A stretch of 63,912 nucleotides of DNA, the filler included, from Lenisia limosa (lineage: Eukaryota > Protista > Breviatea): the NCBI GenBank assembly GCA_001655205.1. It is 15 parts of 15 records of this genome, joined end to end, with 100 filler letters (N's around TTAATTAATTAA, not from the genome) between each part and the next. Parts side by side here need not be neighbours in the genome. Positions count along the whole stretch, not along the records: positions 37,526 to 47,813 come from LPNZ01000460.1; positions 47,914 to 51,644 come from LPNZ01007711.1; 13 more parts are not named here. The stretch is one strand, 5' to 3'. This document shows, piece by piece, positions 37,526 through 50,900 of this stretch. Below the pieces are notes generated by a model. It searched no databases, was not told the DNA's origin, and saw only the letters and a list, made by a program, of their open reading frames with translations. The translations under genes and the position numbers were made by a program. Position 1 is the stretch's first letter; each line of letters starts with the position of its first letter.

Positions 37526-40500
37526 TGCCTCTCTTTTTCTGCTCCCCCCCTCCCTAGGTTTGAATATCGAATTCTTTCATAACGTTTACTTAACCAGGAT
37601 TCTTGGAATACAATTTGATGTTTTGACTGTTCTTATCAGTTCAGTTCGAAGATCGCACCTACATCTTGAAGGTACGGGGTGAAACACAGCAATGAGAATT
37701 TTATTCTATTACTGCATACATTGACCTTCAGATGGAGGGAACCAAGAAACTTGCCCAGTCCCCTACAGACTCGTCGAAAATATATATTGCCCATCGGGAC
37801 GGCGTCTCAAAGGTCTGAAGCCAAGACTGTTGACCAGTTCAGGTTGTCTTTGGTGATCAGTTGCCACACACTGAAAACTTCGGCTTGAAGTGGCAGTCCT
37901 CTTGCCCTATGACATACCCCTCTATGAACGTTGGCGTCGGGTGCCTTTTCTGACAGTTTAGTTTGATATCCTTGCCTCAGCCACATCCGGAACCAAAATG
38001 TCTGTTATAATCCGTTGTTGTGCCGCCAGTAATTGCCTCAATGAAACCGACACCTTTGTCCGAGTCGACCTTCTTGTCTCGGATATGAGCATCGTGTTCA
38101 GTGAAGAGGTTGGCATACCGTTTGTGTTATCACGTTTGTCAGGTTGCTATCCCAGGATCCCTCAATCTGGAGACTGTGATGACGTCATCTTACGTTATTG
38201 CCCGGTCCGGTGCTGCCCTGACTCGTTACCAATATGGAGTACACTCTAATGGAACCCAGTCTTCTGACCAGGTAATTGGCATGCTCCTTTGAAACTCTAA
38301 ACCTTTCTTTGCTCCCGTCTTATGTCTCCAAGTTTGTGGTCGGAGCAATGGAGGAAATGGCGGTGGTGTCCGACACGCATCTTCTTCTGAGAAAATCGTC
38401 GTCAGTATGAGGCTTGGTGTCATTCTATTGGGGTGTAGCACCGTCTTGTCATCAGAAAGCCTATCCCCTCCGCCCCACACACTAACTAGCAACACGTCTC
38501 CTTTTTTATTGTTGTGATAATCATTATTTTGTTTGATTGGAACCTAACACGTCAGGTAAGTCTATTCCACCTGACTTCCAGTTGGGCCTCTATAGCGACA
38601 GAAACTACCATTGTCGCTAACAAGATGATTAGAGTTGGTCTTTTGATTTGCTGTCTTTCCCGTACATAATGGTCACTCTAATGGCAATGCAGGTGCATGG
38701 ATCCAACAAGTATGTACTTATTGACAATGGAGGATGGAGCACTCCTGGGGCTCTGCAGGTTTGTTTTCATTCATTTTGACTCAATCTCACTCCTTTAGAC
38801 TGTCGACGTCACCACAAGTACCATTCTCGCACCTACCGCTCTCATCCTTGGAAGTAATCCTTATGGGTGGGCAGCCTTTTCAATGTAGTTGTTTTTAACG
38901 TTTTCAGTCTCACTGGCCCACACCTCATTTCGGGTGCCAACGAAGCCGTTTTCCTTGCATCTGTAGGGGAACTGAACTGCTTATTTTTTGATTCTTTAGG
39001 ACATTAATGAAATTTATCGCTTCGATCTCACTCGTAATACAGTCGTAGAAACCTTCAGGTTTGCTGGGTGTTTAGCGACCTTATCTTTTAGGATGGAAGG
39101 GGGGCAGCCAATCAAAATGGCGTTTCCAACAACTGCTGGACAAGTGGGCCCTGGATTGTCACACTTGCTGGCTTATTTCTGATCGATCTTCTTGACCACT
39201 TCAGGAAGCTGGATGGGCGTCCATTTATGACACCGCCGCCGACCGACTTTTTGTCATCAACGACGTGGGGGGTGGGGCCAACTATCTCTGTTACCCTACT
39301 TTAATTTAATTCTTCAGAATGGAAACTCTCTGCGCATCTTCAAGATTAAAAACACAATTACGGTAGGTTTTGACACTCTTTCTCCCGAGGTAACCCCCCA
39401 GGAATTGAACCAAATCAGCCTTCCTGCCTCCCCATCCCGCTTCATGATCGACCCCTCGACCAGTACGTTGTACTACTATGCCAATGACATGGTAATGGCG
39501 ATTGTTTCTTTCCTTGCTTACTCCACAGGGCTATTTCCTGTACACGGTGGATTACTCTGGTGACTCCTCTGCTTCTCCGGTCAAATCGACTTATGAAGAC
39601 ACTAGGTCTGTTCTAGGTCATCAATATGACAGGAACTCACTATTTAGCTCCCTATACTGGTCTGTGTACCCACATGTTGAAACGATTGACGCAACTCTTT
39701 GGGCAGTTGGGCTCCAGTGCGACAACTACCAACGGTGCGCTGGCTCTTGCTGTTGTTCAAGTTTATTCGTTTTACGGTCGTAGATACGCTTGTTCAGTGG
39801 GGCGTTACGAAGTATTCAATACTTCCAACATCGTAATTGGAGAGAGAATTGATACCGGTTCCGACACTCTTATCATGTCTTACGAAGAAGGTAAGTCTTC
39901 TGTATGAGGAAGATCTTCTGACATTTAGGACTGAACTACGCACTTTTGAACAGCTATGGCACTGTCCGTCTCATGAATATGGGTTGGATGCCCTGACACC
40001 CACTCACCTTCTCAGCTTCTTATGCCTTGGAGTCGACAATCGCTCTTTCAACTTATTCCTCTGATGCCTCCCAAAACACACAGTATGGCTATCCTGAAAT
40101 GACTACTCTCGGTATCTTGACCTCTTAGGCCTGGAGCGACATGGGACGCAGCAAACAGCCGCTTCCTCTCCCACCAGTACAAAGTGACCGGGGTGGCCTT
40201 GATGAGTCAAAGTGATAGGGTGGTCTTGATGAGTCAAAGTGACCGGGTGGCCTTGATGAGCCAAAGTGACGATCTCAGTCCTTTCTAATTGTTTAGTTGA
40301 GATCCATTCATGGCTGGGTGATCCAAGTTGACCAGTCGGTCGGTGTCATGTCTATTGTAAGCCGAACTTGGTTCAAATTGGTGCTAACACCCCCAGTCCC
40401 ATAAAGCAGGATTGGCGGTTGCGGATTACCACCCTGCTGGCCACGTCATTCTTCCCGACGGCTCGGTTCTCATTCCTTCCGATGGTAACAGAATCTACGT

Positions 40501-42304
40501 TCTGCGGTATGGTACCGCTGTCGATACGTGTCCGGTCGCGGGGTGCCCTGATGAACATGATGTACGTTTGGCATTCGACTTGGTTCGCTCTGACCCATCA
40601 GGGCTCAGTGAGTCAAAGCCGCTGCAAGTTAGAAGCAGCCTTCCAGACTGACAGCAGTAATTGTGGAGGCTGCGGAGTTTCCTGTAATGGTATGTGTTTT
40701 TCAGCAAAGCTGCCATATACGTATTGTGTAGTATGAGTTTTACCTTCGCAGGAGACGTCTGCATTGATGGAAGCTGTGTTTCTGTCGGAGACTCAACTTG
40801 CACTTCGGGAGATTTCTGCGCCATCTCCTGCTAGTAAGATTTATTTTGCTACTTATACCGTAGTACGGATTTCACGTCACCTGAGCACTGTGGCACATGC
40901 GACAAACAATGCCCATTCCAGTTCAGCTGCTCTGTGGACACCTGCGTTGCCCCACGTAAGAAGGCCTAATCCCCATCTCCCCCCCCCCCCCCNNNNNNNN
41001 NNNNNNNNNNNNNNNNNNNNNNNNNNNNNNNNNNNNNNNNNNNNNNNNNNNNNNNNNNNNNNNNNNNNNNNNNNNNNNNNNNNNNNNNNNNCTTCAGGCG
41101 CTGATGGGTCCTGTGGCTTTGAATCTCGGTTGGAATCATGGCTGCATCTGACTTTCTAGTTATCTTTTCCAATCAAATAACTGTGGTTCTTGTGGAAACC
41201 AGTGTTCCAATGGTAAAGTATGTCATCGGTAAGTCTGAATCTGCCCTGGTGCATACCCTGATTCTTGTGACGCTTTAGTGGAGGTTGTGTGTCAGGTGAG
41301 GAGTACCAGTGCCAAGACATTAACATTGACGGATACTACTACGCCACAATGTGGTGCGACGGAGGATGCATGGCGTATGACCTTGACTTCGACAACAACG
41401 CAAAACACTGTGGCGCCTGCGGTGCGTACCAGGGTTGCAACTCCTTGGTTGACAAGTTTAGGACAAAGCTGCGCAGGTGATGAGATTTGTGTTGACGGGC
41501 TCTGTGCGTGTCCAATGTCGTTCGAAGTTGAGTTCTGCAGCGACACTTGCACAAACACATCATCTTCCACCGCTCATTGTGGCGCTTGTGGCAACAGCTG
41601 CAACCCAGGCGAGGTGACCAGGGTCTTTTACCGCTTTTGGGCTCCTCCGTTTAACTGTGTAGATCTGTGTGGCGGGGATGTGTGAAGGATGCCCTGACCT
41701 CGAATGCAATGGTCAGTGTATGGACTCCGCCAATATGACTTCCGTGGATAACTGTGGCACCTGTGGTAACATGTGTCTTGGCACACAACTCTGCACTGAT
41801 GGACAGGTACTTGGCGTTAAAGCAAGTCGAAATTATTTATTATATTAGTGTGTCGAGTACTTTCTTTACTGTTTAATTATTACCCTTCTTCCCCCGATGT
41901 ATTTTCACAATTCAGTGTGTATGTGGCCTCTCTGAGACAGCATGTGAGGGGACGTGCTTCACGGCCGACCAGTTCCTTGGAGACCCCAGCAATTGGTATG
42001 ACTAACGCTGCTCCCACTGACTTTTTAGCGGTTCTTGTGGCAAGGTGTGTACTGTGGCTTCTTGCTATAACGGAGAATGGTGGGTACTGGCCTTCCACAT
42101 ATAGCAATAACTCACTTTCCAGCAACCAAGACCCTAGTGATAATAATAATGATGGTAATAACGACGATGATAACAACAACAATGGCGGAGACGGGTGAGT
42201 GCCTTGCCCATTTTCGGTCCCTTTAACTGTTCAGTGGTGATGGCTCTCCTGCCATGTCACTCACGGCTTCTCTTTTGGTTGTGCTTTTGACTCTTTTGTT
42301 CTAG
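37526..42304 (+). CDS. Large secreted/GPI-anchored-like surface protein: beta-propeller-like N-terminus plus ~8 STIG1-like Cys repeats; 5' partial
   Basis: Many short-intron exons. The N-terminal part has propeller-like strands (SKIYIAHRDGVSK, PGATWDAANSRF). Repeats include TDSSNCGGCGVSC, SPEHCGTCDKQC, NAKHCGACG, STAHCGACGNSC, SVDNCGTCGNMC and DPSNCGSCGKVC. A D/N/G linker precedes the hydrophobic tail GSPAMSLTASLLVVLLTLLF* (TAG at 42302-42304). Confidence 0.75.
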
Positions 42305-42797
42305 GCTCAGATTCCAAGGACTTTGTATTATGTTATGTTGAAAATGAATGAACGATGAGTGACGAATTTACAATATTAAATATTAATATAACAACAATGA
42401 GTCATATTCATTTGATCATGATGAAGTGAAACAAACTAGGACGAAATTGAAATTTGTAGTGTTGGAATCTCTGTGATGCAATCAATCTAAAATCTCAAGT
42501 TAGCAGCTTTGTTGTTTGGTACACATAGTTACCAGAACGCAAAAGAAAGGGACTCGCAACCTGTGGGTTGTGAGTGCTTTTTTCTCAAAAATCCAAAAAT
42601 ATATCGGTTCTCTCTTTTCAAAGAAGTTCTATCATAATATATTATCCTAGTAAGACCCAGTTCATTATAAATGCATATGGAAATGATCAGCTAAGTGCCT
42701 TGCTCCCCCTTCTAGGGCTTAGATAGCTATCAAATTGTATATAACACCTAAAACTGGAGGAATTTAGTCATTTACAGCTGTTTCCGTGAGTTTCCAC

Positions 42798-45700
42798 ATG
42801 GACCTGGTCACCAAGCTGTACAATGGGTTGTCTTCCGCGGTCAATGTCAACAAATCGACACTTAGCGGTGCTATGGATGTCATTGCTGTGGTTGATGACG
42901 ATAGAAATATCAAGACAACACCTTTCCATGTTCGCTTTGGAAAGTTCCGCCTGATCAAGCCCAAAGAAAAACTGGTATGCTCTTGTGGTTGTAGTCTAAC
43001 TGATGTTCAGGTTGAGATCCGAGTCAATGGCAAGCTTGCCCCCTTCCACATGTATCTCGACGAGGAGGGTGAGGCCTACTTTGCCAGGACCGTCCCTGGA
43101 GTGAGCAAGTCTAAGTCCCCGGGTGCTGCCATGCCTCCAAGGTCGACTTTTGAGGTGAGCTAAGAAAGATGGACCAAGGGAATATGATGTGTTTTTGGTA
43201 TAATATTTGGTCTGATTCAATCGGAAAAGACTGACCACATGTGTATTTCTTCTGTTGTTGTTTTTTTTTTTCCGTCCTTTTCATATTCCACTGGGCATTC
43301 TCTGATGGTGTAGATTTGCTTGCCACGAAGACCATCAAAGGCTACAAATCTGAATAGTGGTAGGAGTATTGATGACATCTTCTGGAAATGAAGTAACCTG
43401 GTTGTAACAATATTATAGTGGACCATGCTTTCCTCCCTGGCACCCGCAACTGCTCTTCAGATGATGAAGGTAGGTCAGTTGGTGACAGGCTGGTTTATGT
43501 GAAAGAAAAGCCGAGGCGACGACGACGCAATAGACCCACGCGCGCATCTCGGCCTGACCCTGATGCTGACCCCGATCCGGATGCTCCAGATGACGACTTG
43601 CAGGCCCGGGGCTACCGCAGCATGGATGAGGTTTGTGGACTTGGTGGTGTGGTTGACTCTTTAGAACGAATCACTCAAACTGTCTTCGCTGAGAGGTGTG
43701 ACCTCAGATGATGAAGTAAGGTGGTGTTTGTCAGAGAAAAGTATCCTGAAAACTCGGAAGACTATTGATATTTATATAGGCTCAAGGTCCAAAATTATGT
43801 CGTTAATTCGAAATTGTCGTTAAATAGTTACGGTCGCCAAATCAGCTCTTCCCCTTCAAAACAGTAATATATTTCTGAGATATACGTACTTTATTTGTTT
43901 TTTTTGTTTTTTTTAGCGCCACGCTTGCACAATTTTTTTTCAGTTTATGCTCATTTTTCTCATAGTATGTCCTTTTTTACGAGTTAAATTGTTGTGAAGT
44001 TGACCATAACATGAAAAAGAGACAGTTACAGAAAATTGAATTAACGACAATAATTCGAATTAACGACAAAATGTAGGACCTCGAGCAGGTAATATATGAT
44101 ATTATATGATATGATATATTATGATGCATGTAAGGCAGATGAGAAAGAGTGAAATTCATGTTAAAAGTACTCTCAAGGATTCAAAGCCAGACCATTCGAT
44201 TATATTTCCGCATCTCACGCACGCATACCCTGCACCCTCCGATGCGACAACGCGGCCGTTCATGGTACGGCAGCCTTCTGCGGATGTTCAGCAGACAGGA
44301 TGACGATGGCGACAGTCTCACGGATGCAATGCGCGAACTGATGCTGGAAGAGGACCAGAAGGAGGCACAAACAGAGAAACAGGTATGGTGACGTGGCTCT
44401 GATCGCTGTAGACGGAAGGTTCTCAAAGTCTTGAAACACCTTCGCTTCCGGAGACAAATAAGTGAGTATTATACCCCACCATCAGCCTTGATGACCGCAC
44501 AGGGTGCCGCTTTCACCACAGCCCTCTGTCCCCCGTGCCGACCTGGTGCTTTCCGACCTGACGTCATCAATGCTGCTGTCTGAGCCCGATGTCAGCACTT
44601 CCACGCCCGTGCCGGATAAGTCCAAGTTCCCAAAGGGTCAGCAGGGCTCAAATGACGCCATTCTGCAGCGCGAATCCCCAGGTATTCTACTCGATCGGTA
44701 GTTGGAAAAATTACAATACATACTGTGACACTAAATAGAATAGTGGGGTTCAAACAAATACACGAAGGAAATAATTAGTTGCAGTTCTCATCATTCAGGC
44801 GTCAACGCCACGCCCAGCGCCTCGCCCCTCCCAACCCTGCAGGAGACCACACCAGTGCCAAGAGTGGAGCTCTCCCTATGCCGCCGTATTCTGCCTGAGA
44901 GCTGTGTCGTTGGGGATATCGAGGGCGGAACTCAGAAAATGAAGGTTTGCCTGGTTTATTCAAGCAAGAATGTCACACCTTGGGTTGCTTTTTGAGCTCT
45001 CAGGCACATGACGAGGCCCTTTTTGCTAGCAGACAGGTGGGCATTTGGCAGCGTTTCGTTTCATTTACAATTACTCATACCAGCTTGTTCGTTTCATTTG
45101 CCGTTACTCACACTCAGGTGTCCTGGGAAATGTTCAGCACCAACCCAGCAATTGCATTATCTCCGGATCTTGTAGTCAAAATTGGAGACAAGTGGGTGCA
45201 ATCCTGTGGCTATACTGACATCCAGGCTGTACCCCTCACATCTCTCAATGCCGGCTCTCATGGCACATGTCGCGTTTGGCCAAACTCTTCCCGACCACAT
45301 TCTGAAGTGGGTGTTGCTTACACTTCCTCGTCATGCCTGCCATTTTTACTTCTTAGATCGGTTGTGATAGGAGAGCCTCAGGCTGAAGCGCAAACTCCTC
45401 CAAAAGAAGACAGTTGGTGGTAGCAATATGACTTACCATATTAGGAAGTTGGGCGCGTTGGTTCTGGCCCTCGAAGAAGCAGCAAGAGTCTGCCGCGACC
45501 GTGGCTGCTTGCCCCCCTTCTCCGCCCCTTCAGGACGACTCTGTCCAAACCTCTCCACAGTTCTCGGAGTCACGTGACTTGGAAGAGGCGTTCATGACAT
45601 CCAGTGGGCCGACCGCCACGCTACATGACGTCATGGCGCAAGAGGCCCTTGGAACCCCTATTCAGACTGAAACACCCGCCATTCAGGAGGCTGAGAAGGA

Positions 45701-47234
45701 CCCCTACACGGCCCCCCTCCCTCCCGGTCGCGGTCGCCGCTACTCCCTCTGGACAGACGACGACACTTGCGATGAGCTTGAGGACGACGATGAAGACGGC
45801 CCGGCCGTAGCCGACTTCGGAGTGCTTAAAAGTCTCCTTCCGAGCCGTGAAGAACTGGTTGGTCCTTCACGTGTTTACTTGACGGGTGTAGCGGTCTATT
45901 TCTCTCCAAAAAGGCGCAAATCGACTCACTTTCTCTGTAAAAACCAGAACTGTAGGTGCTTGTAGGTATTGCTTACCTGTCAGGGTGTAAGTAAAGTCAA
46001 TTCCACGCTCTACTATCTACCTCCTTCTGTTAAAATGGTTGTGAGTGATGTTGACGGCACAATCACCCGGTGAGGGCTCTTCTATAAACTGATAATACCT
46101 CATAATAACGCATACCTGCATGAATATTCTCATCCCTGAGGTCTTAATCAGTCATGAGGGAATGAGAAACATTGAGCGTTATTAAAAACAAAAATACCCA
46201 ACCGCCGTTTACTACTCTCACCAGAGCAGGTCGGATGTATTAGGACAGATTCTCCCAAAGCTTGGCAAGGACTGGTCGCAAGTCGGTGTCTGTGGACTCT
46301 TCCAAGAAATTAAGTCCCGGGGGTACATCATTGTGTACCTGTCTTCGCGACCTATCGGTTCTGTTTCAACGGTATGCACCTCAAAAGTCCTTGTTCCTGC
46401 GGTTTGTTTCCCTGAACTGCTGTACCTTATCTGTTCCGTGTTTATCAAGGTGACAGCAAAAAGTCACGGTTTTAGACGAGGAAATACCTTCGGAACATTC
46501 GACAAGGTGGGTGCCGCCTTCCGCACGGCCCCGTCCTTATGTCCCCCGACCGTCTGCTGCACTCCTTCGTCAGGGAAGTCATACGGAGACAGCCGCAGGT
46601 ACGTTTGCTCTCCATTATGAGAATGTTGTTATGTGGCTTTTCACCGAAATGATGAAGTATTGATGGCGCACAGGAGTTCAAAATTCAAGCACTGGAGGAG
46701 GTGAAGGAGCTGTTTCCACCGGAAGCCAACCCCTTCTACGCGGGCTTCGGCAACCGACACACGGTTGGCGTTGGGATTAATAGAAAGTTATTCGAATTTG
46801 AGAATGGCCGGTTTGACCCTTTAGGACGCAGTATCTTACCAGTCAGTGAACATACCCAACGAGAAGATCTTCACCATAGACCCCCACGGTCGCATTACCT
46901 CTTTCGGACTTGAGGATGAATCGTCGTAAGAGGGCTTCTTTCGGAAAAGGATCTCAATCCGACGTTTGTGGCCACTTTGGGATTTGTTTTAGCCTCTATT
47001 GTTGTGCTCTTTGGGGTCTAAGTGCCTTTAGATACAAAGAACTCCACTCTTCTGTCAACGCAATGTTCCCCGAGTTGCCTGCTGACAGTCGTGTCTCTAT
47101 ATCGCCGCCGGTGTCGTCAATGTTGGTCCTTTGCTTGTTCTCTTCCTGGTTTCACTCTTCCCTCATTCTGACCATCCAGCTATGTGCCTTGCCGCGAAGC
47201 CCTCATCACCGCCATTCCAGAATGGTCTGATTAG
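42798..47234 (+). CDS. LPIN: Lipin / PAH1 Mg2+-dependent phosphatidate phosphatase
   Basis: N-LIP: [12 protein letters not shown]...PFHVRFGK...[16 protein letters not shown]-like: [28 protein letters not shown]: [11 protein letters not shown]|[15 protein letters not shown]...YLSSRPIG...[13 protein letters not shown]...EFKIQAL...FYAGFGNR. The catalytic DxDxT is intact. The 3' end is tentative. Confidence 0.93.
43780..44086. mobile_element. Candidate ~300-bp MITE with ~45-bp TIRs in a lipin intron
   Basis: Left end gctcaaggtccaaaattatgtcgttaattcgaaattgtcgttaa. Right end ttaacgacaataattcgaattaacgacaaaatgtaggacctcgagc. These are reverse-complementary and the interior is AT-rich. Confidence 0.65.
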
Positions 47235-47389
47235 TTCTAATTTATTATATGTTTTGTTTCCACTATCGCTATTGTTTCCCCTGATTTCACTTTTTGATAA
47301 ACATGTAAGTCAAACACAACTGGAATTTATACTGTACAACTAATAAGAAACATTACCATTAAGATTGATTTTGGGGAAAGGAGCGGAAA

Positions 47390-47800
47390 ACATCAGTGTA
47401 ATACTTGTCATCCGCTGGTTTGGGAAGGGGAATGGGTACTGAGCCGTCAGCAAAAGGAATAAAACAACAAAAACAAAGACAAGATTACATGATACCCAAG
47501 TCCTTCCACTCACAATGTGCGACCGATTTTTGGTCAAGGTTGGCGATTTGTTCCCAGTTGCTCAAGTCGTCCCTGAAACATGCAAACGGGGCGAAGTGGT
47601 CAAACTAAGCAGTGAGCTTGGCAATTGCGGCACTTTGCAACACAAAAGCAGGGAAAGAGTCAACAACAGACAAAGAAGTGAAGAAATCCCTTGTACCTCT
47701 GCAGAGGGCTCACGGTCACTGTGTGGGAAGTTATGACGAACATAGGCCAAAAGATCATCAATAGTGTGGGTCTTGGGGTTGGGGCACGAGTCAGGAACCT
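47390..47800 (-). CDS. Unidentified gene, 3' exons
   Basis: ccag|VPDSCPNPKTHTIDDLLAYVRHNFPHSDREPSAE|gt, FDHFAPFACFRDDLSNWEQIANLDQKSVAHCEWKDL and FADGSVPIPLPKPADDKYYTD. Confidence 0.4.
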
Positions 47801-47972
47801 GGGGGGGGGGGGGNNNNNNNNNNNNNNNNNNNNNNNNNNNNNNNNNNNNNNNNNNNNTTAATTAATTAANNNNNNNNNNNNNNNNNNNNNNNNNNNNNNN
47901 NNNNNNNNNNNNNTTTTTTTTTTTTTTTCATTTTTTCATTTTTTTCATTGCTCTATACCCCCCCACAACGCC

Positions 47973-50900
47973 ATGCCCCTGACCCCCCAGGAACGACTTG
48001 ACCTTGTGTGGCGTCTTGATAGTGAGAGCTGGTACCGTCCGAGCACACCTTTGGAACAATTTGAGGAAAGCCAGCAGGCAATCAATGAGGTTAGTGTCCC
48101 CTCCAGCGTCTATAGTTCTCACTTCTCAGCTCCTTTCATCCGCCCCATTCTCTATCGAGGTCTTCATTGGCATCTTCGAAATCCCCCTCTTTGTGGACCA
48201 GCTCAAGAGTAAGCACCTAAAAACTAGGCACTCATCTTTTTAGCCATCCTCCTGGAGCCGCGTGACATCCTGGATGTCGGTATGCATTGGGGGGGGGGGG
48301 NNNNNNNNNNNNNNNNNNNNNNNNNNNNNNNNNNNNNNNNNNNNNNNNNNNNNNNNNNNNNNNNNNNNNNNNNNNNNNNNNNNNNNNNNNNNNNNNNNNN
48401 NNNNNNNNNNNNNNNNNNNNNNNNNNNNNNNNNNNNNNNNNNCTACTTAGATGGAGCGCCTACCTCCGTTCCGCACCTGCTTGCACCCCTTACTGGTAAG
48501 CTGGCCTTTTCATCTCAAAGACTGAATTGGATCGTTGTAAGGCCGTCTATTGTGTCGTTCTCGATATTGTTGACTCTCCAGACATTCTCACCCCCACCTC
48601 CCTCGAAACCCTTCTCTCAGTTCCTCTCCACACCAAATCCCGAACAACGCAACTCAAGGTATGCACTCGAAGGAGACGTATAGTTGCTCACTCTTCAGCT
48701 GAGCCAGGTTGTGTCCATGCTGATGCTGCATGAAACGTTTGGCGCTTTGGTCAACAAGCTTGCTGCCGTATCTGCCACCCGTACCCTCTACCTTCTTGCT
48801 CACTGCTGTGTCACTGCCGCGCGAATCAGTAGGCATGTTCCGTTTGTTCGAATGTCGAATTGGTCAAAATGGCCTTCACCGCAAAGGTACTGAAGTGGCG
48901 CCGTATACATCGTACACCCTTCCTCTCCTGAGCCAGGCGTGTGGCGAAAGTTGGACCGACACCGATAGTCTCATATGCACCCAAGTCCTTGGCTACTACT
49001 ATCTGTCACTCATCAAAAANNNNNNNNNNNNNNNNNNNNNNNNNNNNNNNNNNNNNNNNNNNNNNNNNNNNNNNNNNNNNNNNNNNNNNNNNNNNNNNNN
49101 NNNNNNNNNNNNNNNNNNNNNNNNNNNNNNNNNNNNNNNNNNNNNNNNNNNNNNNNNNNNNNNNNNCTATTGGTAACTTCCCGTCCGCGGTGTTCCAGAA
49201 CTGCATTAGTCGCTCTACTGCCGACACCCTCATCCCGCCCCTTCTCACGGTCTGCACTTAGAACCCAAAATATGAATGGGCCCAATTCCTCACCCCCCAG
49301 GACACCACCACAACATTGACCAAACTATTATCATCACACGTTGCCTTCTTGGGCGGAATTGCATTCAGATGTCTCGCAAGCCCTTCAAAGGTGTGCTTCC
49401 TGTCTTTTCAACATGATTTATTTATGCTAAATCGCATTTCGGTGGAGTAGTGTTCAGTACACATAGTAGCATACTCATTGTCCTCCCCCAGAAAGCCTCA
49501 GCCACAATGCTTGTTCTCCTGACAACTCTTTTGGGCATGACTGACGTTTATAAGGTAGGTTTCCATCATTTGGTCCACAAGATATCAGAATTGAATATTG
49601 TCATTGATATTATGGCACAAGAATTGAATCTCATCGCCAAGGTTATCGAGGCTGTCCGGTCCCCCCGCACTGGCTTCGTAAATCAGATCAGAAACCTGGC
49701 GCTGTCAAGGCTCTCCCACGCTCAATTTGCCGCGTCGTCACTGTTCAAATGCCTTCAGGTTTGGTTCCCCCAACGCATGTGAGGAGTAACGCTTCAGACC
49801 GGGCCGTGGGAGCTATTCCTCGTCTCACAATACACCACGCAAGACTTGATCCGCATTGATCTGACTCAGCACCTCACTGTCGCTAGGTTGTTGGGCAATT
49901 CCTGGACTCCAAGCTCTTGTCTTTCCTTACCGCCCAGGGCACCAACACCAATGGGCAAGTCCAAGGCCTGGCAGTCGGTCACCGCGGCCTTCAAGAACCC
50001 TACGTCCACTCTGGCCCTTTCCAACCTTCCGTCCCAGTTGAACCTTGAATACCCGGTATGGCCAACCCCAATTTTACCCATTATGTCTGCCGTCTCACCT
50101 GAGTTTCAGGATCTGCCCGGCCGCGTGGTCCAGAACCAGCTCAACGAATTGGCAATGGCTCCGCCCCTTCTGTGTCGCCTAGTCAGTGAAATGATCATCC
50201 CCCAGGTTGGTGCGGTGTGGGTATTCGGCCATATGCCCCTATTATTATTTGTACAATTTGCTGCTTCAAAAAAGTAGTCATTGTCAAAGTTGTTCTTCTC
50301 TTAGCTTGAGCAAATTGACTGGACTGGCTTTCTTTTCGATTCTCATTATCAAGAGTTGATCTTAATAATAGTCACCTCACCACCCCCCGCAGGCCCAACA
50401 AGCCGCCCTCGGCTCCTGTTCCCCCCAACATGTGCACTTATTGGACGCGGGCCTCTTCCATACCCTCCTCAAGGTCAGAGTCTCAACTTGCATAGAACAT
50501 TTCAGTTGGTCCGTTGCTGACGCTTTAGACGCTTTTGAACCACAAGGACACCCCATCGGAGTCGATTCTCGTCATCTCCAAGACTCTCGAAGCGATCACG
50601 CGAGCTTTTGCATACAAGCAGCTTATCACCACCACGCAAACACCGTACAACCTCACGGCACGTGCCAACGGCCAGCTGCCTACTCCGCCGACCCAGCTGC
50701 CGATCCACTTCCAAGGTCTGTGCACTCCTCTTTCATAGCATCGCACTACTGCACAAAAACTCGATAGTATCGATGTTTATTGAGGATTTATTTACAAGAA
50801 AAGAGGCCCGTTTGTAACCGTGGAAAGCCCTATGTATGTACATGCCCCAAAAAGACCCTAACCACCGCAGACATTTCGGCCCTCATAGCAGTGTGCCAAC

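Noticed and set aside
29985-47234. Possible alternative genetic code (many stops inside apparent genes)
   Set aside because: In the AQR, lipin, SRP68 and cyclase exons examined, stops fall within GT-AG introns. No conserved position required read-through.
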